Positions 60,271 to 64,000 of a stretch of 64,000 nt of DNA are shown here, piece by piece. The notes under the pieces were generated by a model, which saw only the letters and a list, made by a program, of their open reading frames with translations, ran no database searches and was not told the origin of the DNA. The DNA is taken from positions 13,702,001 to 13,766,000 of the forward strand of contig CATNEN010000001.1 of the NCBI GenBank assembly GCA_950097015.1. Direction: 5' to 3'. This DNA comes from Macrostomum hystrix. Taxonomy: Eukaryota > Animalia > Platyhelminthes. The number at the start of each line of letters is the position of its first letter. Position 1 is the stretch's first letter. Both the position numbers and the translations under genes were made by a program.

Positions 60271-62855
60271 AGCCTGCCTCCCTCGCTCTGGTCCTGGCTG
60301 TCAAATGTCAAATTCTGTTCTTTTCATATATCTTGCAAAACGTGTTGCTTCAACGAATTGTAGTGCTAAATGATAAATAGCTGAGAATAAAATGAAGATC
60401 AATTATTCATAAATGAAGCTTTAAAAAATCGTTCAAGCAACATGTTGTACAAGATATTATTAGAAAAGCATTGGATCTACTTCCAACAAAAATTTATCAA
60501 CATTTTAATGTGAAAAAAACGTAAAAACGGCGTAAAACGCTAGTGCTTTTTTCGTGATAATCAGCATTTAATAAATTTTCCAGTAGACGAAGTGTCCCGT
60601 CCTTCTTTTTAGTGGTGGTTGGTATAGTGCTTAATGATTTACGGGCTTGTAAAAATACAACAAAACTGGAAAATATGTTTATCTAAAACATAAAAAACAA
60701 AATATTAATTTGTCTAAATTTATCAAAATATAATCCTTTATTAGCAAATTTGCTATGAGCTTGATAAAAACAAAACGACTTTCTGCACTCTCTGAGTGGG
60801 ATTACAAAGGACAAATTAAATATAGTTTCGTCTTGCGTCTTTCTCTGCTTCTAACTATGTCTTAGCGCTCTAGTATCAGTACTTTAAAATTTAGTATAGT
60901 TATTTTTATGCGAAAGCTTAATGCTTTTTTAATTCAAAACAAGGAACCCAATAATTGAGAACGACCCTTATAAAGTCTTTCACCAATTCGAACAAAAAAA
61001 ATTCAAGGTTAAAATGGGTTCGTTTGGGCATGATAATGATGTCTTTATTATAGCATTGAGTACAGATCTGTTTGGTTATTTAGATATTGGCTTGTTCTGT
61101 TTGTTTGTGTGAACCTTTTGTCGTATATTAGTTTTGGCATGTAAAGGGATTGTTTAAATTGTCGTTTCTGTTCACTAGTCTAGACTACTAGCCTACTATG
61201 CGGTAAAGTTAGCGGTTTTTACCGCATGGTAAAATGTCACTAACGTCTATGGATTTAGGGCAATGGAATCGTATGTAGCAGATCTTCTCTAAGCAGCAAT
61301 GGCAAAGTCACGACCAAATTGACCATTAATTTTTGTACTTGCTTGTGCACTTATTTGCACTGCAGAAATTTGCAATCCAGCCAAGCATAAGCCAACTTTA
61401 TTAGGTAGCCTAATGCTTTAGGCTTTGTACATGCTCATTGTATAGTTTCTGGAGATGTTGAGCAGTGCTGACATTCTGGCATAGTCAGCTCCAATTGTTG
61501 GTTCATGCGGTGGGGTAGCAGTTGCTCTTGACCAATGCTGCTGCTTAGCTGCTAATAGGAAAGTTGTGACAGGCAAACCAGCTGCTGATGCTAGGACTGC
61601 TGATGGTATTGATACTGAAGTGGCAGGTCCTTGTATTAATTTTTAGAGTAGTGCAGCACTAGGCCCCTAGCTACATTTGTTTTTCAAACAGGGCATCCTG
61701 CAGGTTGTAGGGTAGTGGTGATGGCTGACTTGGTTATTTAGTCTTGCTAGACAATTTGTATAGCTGATTCTCATCCTCTAATTATGATGACAATGGCGCC
61801 ACTTGCATCTGGGGTAGCTGCAGCTTCAGCTGTGGTGGCACTGGCAATTGAGGCAGCACCTACTGCCAGTGTCAAAGTGGCTGCAGCTCATTGCAATGGC
61901 CTGTAAAAAGATCTTTTGAGCAACTTGCAATTCTTCATTCTCTGGGTCAAATTTGCTAATATTAGTTTTGTGAGCATATGCACAAGTAATCAGGTTCATC
62001 ATTTATATTCTGCAAGTATGATATATATAGATTCTCTAAAATAATGCAATCACTGCTTAAAGAGTCATTTTAGGAGTCCAATATAGCACATATTTTCACA
62101 CTCCTTAGCAATTACAAAAAACCAATAGGACCTTCCTAGGCTCTTTGCTACACTCTTTGAGACAACCCCATACTCCTAACTCTTGACTTATGATTTCTAT
62201 AGGACATAAATGGAAAAACTCCTGTTTAAAAGCACTCTTACCTCCTAGTTCCTAGCTCTTCATTCCATAGTACAGGGCCCTGGTGTCATACTGTCATTTG
62301 TATCTTATCACATGATAACAAGTAGGGCCTAAGTCATGTCAAGGTAGGGTTTCTGTTTAGGGATTCTAGTAGCAAATTAGGCCCTAGCAGGCAGGCCTAC
62401 ACGCTACTGTTTTTATATTTTTCCTGTGTCTAAGAAGTTTATCACATCAAGCCATGCTGCCCTATTGTGTGCTGCGCCAACCAGAATTTTTTTTAAATTA
62501 GCTAGACATGTTTCCTCAAAATTAAGTTTTTCCTATAGGGATAAAAATTAACCAACTTTATTATTTGCATTCTTTATAAATGGTAAATTCTCAATAAATA
62601 ATTATGTATCACAGATAATATACCAAGCATATTTCACAAAGTCTTGTTTCTCCCTGCTTATCAGAAAACTTTACTAACTTTCTTATTTATTAATAGGTTT
62701 AGAAACCAAGGATGTTTCAACAGACAAAATTATCTATAGTTTGACATAAATAAATTACTAGTAAAACTTGCTATGTCCTGATAATTAATAACTCTGTTTA
62801 GTGGATGACAACTTTATATATATATATATTTATTTATTTATTTATTTATGCTAAC

Positions 62856-63134
62856 CATACATGCGCAACACCCGGCCGACCCGGCCGGTTCGGCCGGGTG
62901 AAACGAGGGCCAAGCAAGGTAAGTCGCAAAAACCAATCGACCAAGCGCAAAAAAATCAAAGGGGGGACCAATGGACAAAAAAGGAAGGCGTGAAGAAAAG
63001 GAAAAAGGGGAGAGGAAAAGAGCAAATGAGAGCAAACTAAGTCGTAAATAGAGCAATGAAACGAACTAAGTCGCAAATGAGAGCAAAAACTAAGTCGCAC
63101 GGCCGGCTAAGATTTGGGAGGTTGCGCATGTATG
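62856..63134. mobile_element. 279-bp hAT-like MITE
   Basis: 14-bp TIR CATACATGCGCAAC/GTTGCGCATGTATG; 8-bp TSD ATGCTAAC/ATGCAAAC (one mismatch). Confidence 0.8.
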
Positions 63135-64000
63135 ATGCAAACTAATCAAACTAAATAAAAAGTTATTGGGCCAAGAAAAAGCAAAGCAACAAAAATGTTA
63201 TCAATGAATTTTTTATATAAACAAGGTAAAAACAAAACATTAGATGGTGTGTATGATGATGCAACAAAATGGCTGTCCAACTTAGGCCTAAAATGGTAGT
63301 CACTTTTTCATATAAATCAATTTGATTTGAACAGCGTTTTGTAAGAAAAAATGTTTTATACAGTTTAGGATTTAATCAATTTTGACAAAAGGAGTACTTA
63401 TCTAAAATTGACAGGTTTAATTTGTATAATTTATTAATTTCTTGCTTGGTTGATAAGGTTTTACCCTATTGATTAGCTTTGGCCCCACCTTTTCAATTGA
63501 CAAGCTAAGAGGCTTAAGTAGGCCTTATAATTATACTTAAGGTAAGTTTTTTATTATATCAGACTCTTGTGCTAAGACTTTAACTTAAAGCCCAAATCTA
63601 ATCCCAGAATTAGATATTATCCATATTGATTTAGGAAGCTAATACTCTGGTCTATGTGGCATAGCTATAGCTTGATTCTTGATATAGCTTGTTAGTAGCT
63701 AGAGAAATTAAATTTAAAATAACTTTGCCAATAAACAACAGTATTGTATTAAATAGATAACTTGTTTAAAGCTAACTGTTACTATAATTATAATTATTAA
63801 TTATATTTTATATATTACATGAATGTATATATAAAAATGAGGCCTGTCAATCCTATATCAACAATCTTATAGTTGTTATGATTATTTTCAGAAATTTGTG
63901 AATTTTGATTTGTTATAGCTATTCCACTAGACTAAAAGTGTATACACTAGGGGCTTGTTTGTAATTTAGAAGTTGTTATATTTGAGGACCAAGATGGAAG

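Noticed and set aside
60400-64000. Genes in the AT-rich right end, including a GC-richer patch at 61450-62020
   Set aside because: No sustained ORF or recognisable motif. Only the MITE is supportable.

Overview
Eukaryotic (metazoan) genomic DNA: GT-AG introns are everywhere and there are no prokaryotic signatures. The PAN/Apple plus glycine-rich gene and the element families suggest an invertebrate, possibly a Macrostomum-like flatworm (inference only). The window is largely a nest of mobile elements. (1) An apparently intact P-superfamily THAP transposon (5319-12428) with 1706-bp terminal inverted repeats and an 8-bp TSD splits a DUF4806/BEN-like gene. (2) A second, decayed P-type transposase is followed by an intact CsRn1-like Ty3/gypsy element (18356-22796). 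(3) A decayed Helitron (OTU, Rep and PIF1 remnants, about 23.2-52.1 kb) carries three nested insertions. The largest is a ~20-kb unit (about 29.8-50.0 kb) bounded by direct repeats. It encodes a three-exon zinc-finger/tyrosine-recombinase-like protein, a two-exon protein with a probably inactivated HUH-Rep domain fused to an SF3 helicase, and several paralogous orphan genes. It also contains tRNA-like Pol III units, a ~590-bp palindrome and arrays of TTTTCGCGAAAA palindromic repeats. It shows no RT, DNA polymerase, DDE transposase or recognisable capsid, and is the best candidate for an undescribed integrating, episome-like element. The right end holds a secreted PAN/Apple plus ALK-like glycine-rich gene, LINE, Merlin and mariner remnants, and a hAT-like MITE. 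All family calls are motif recognition by eye, not database searches.
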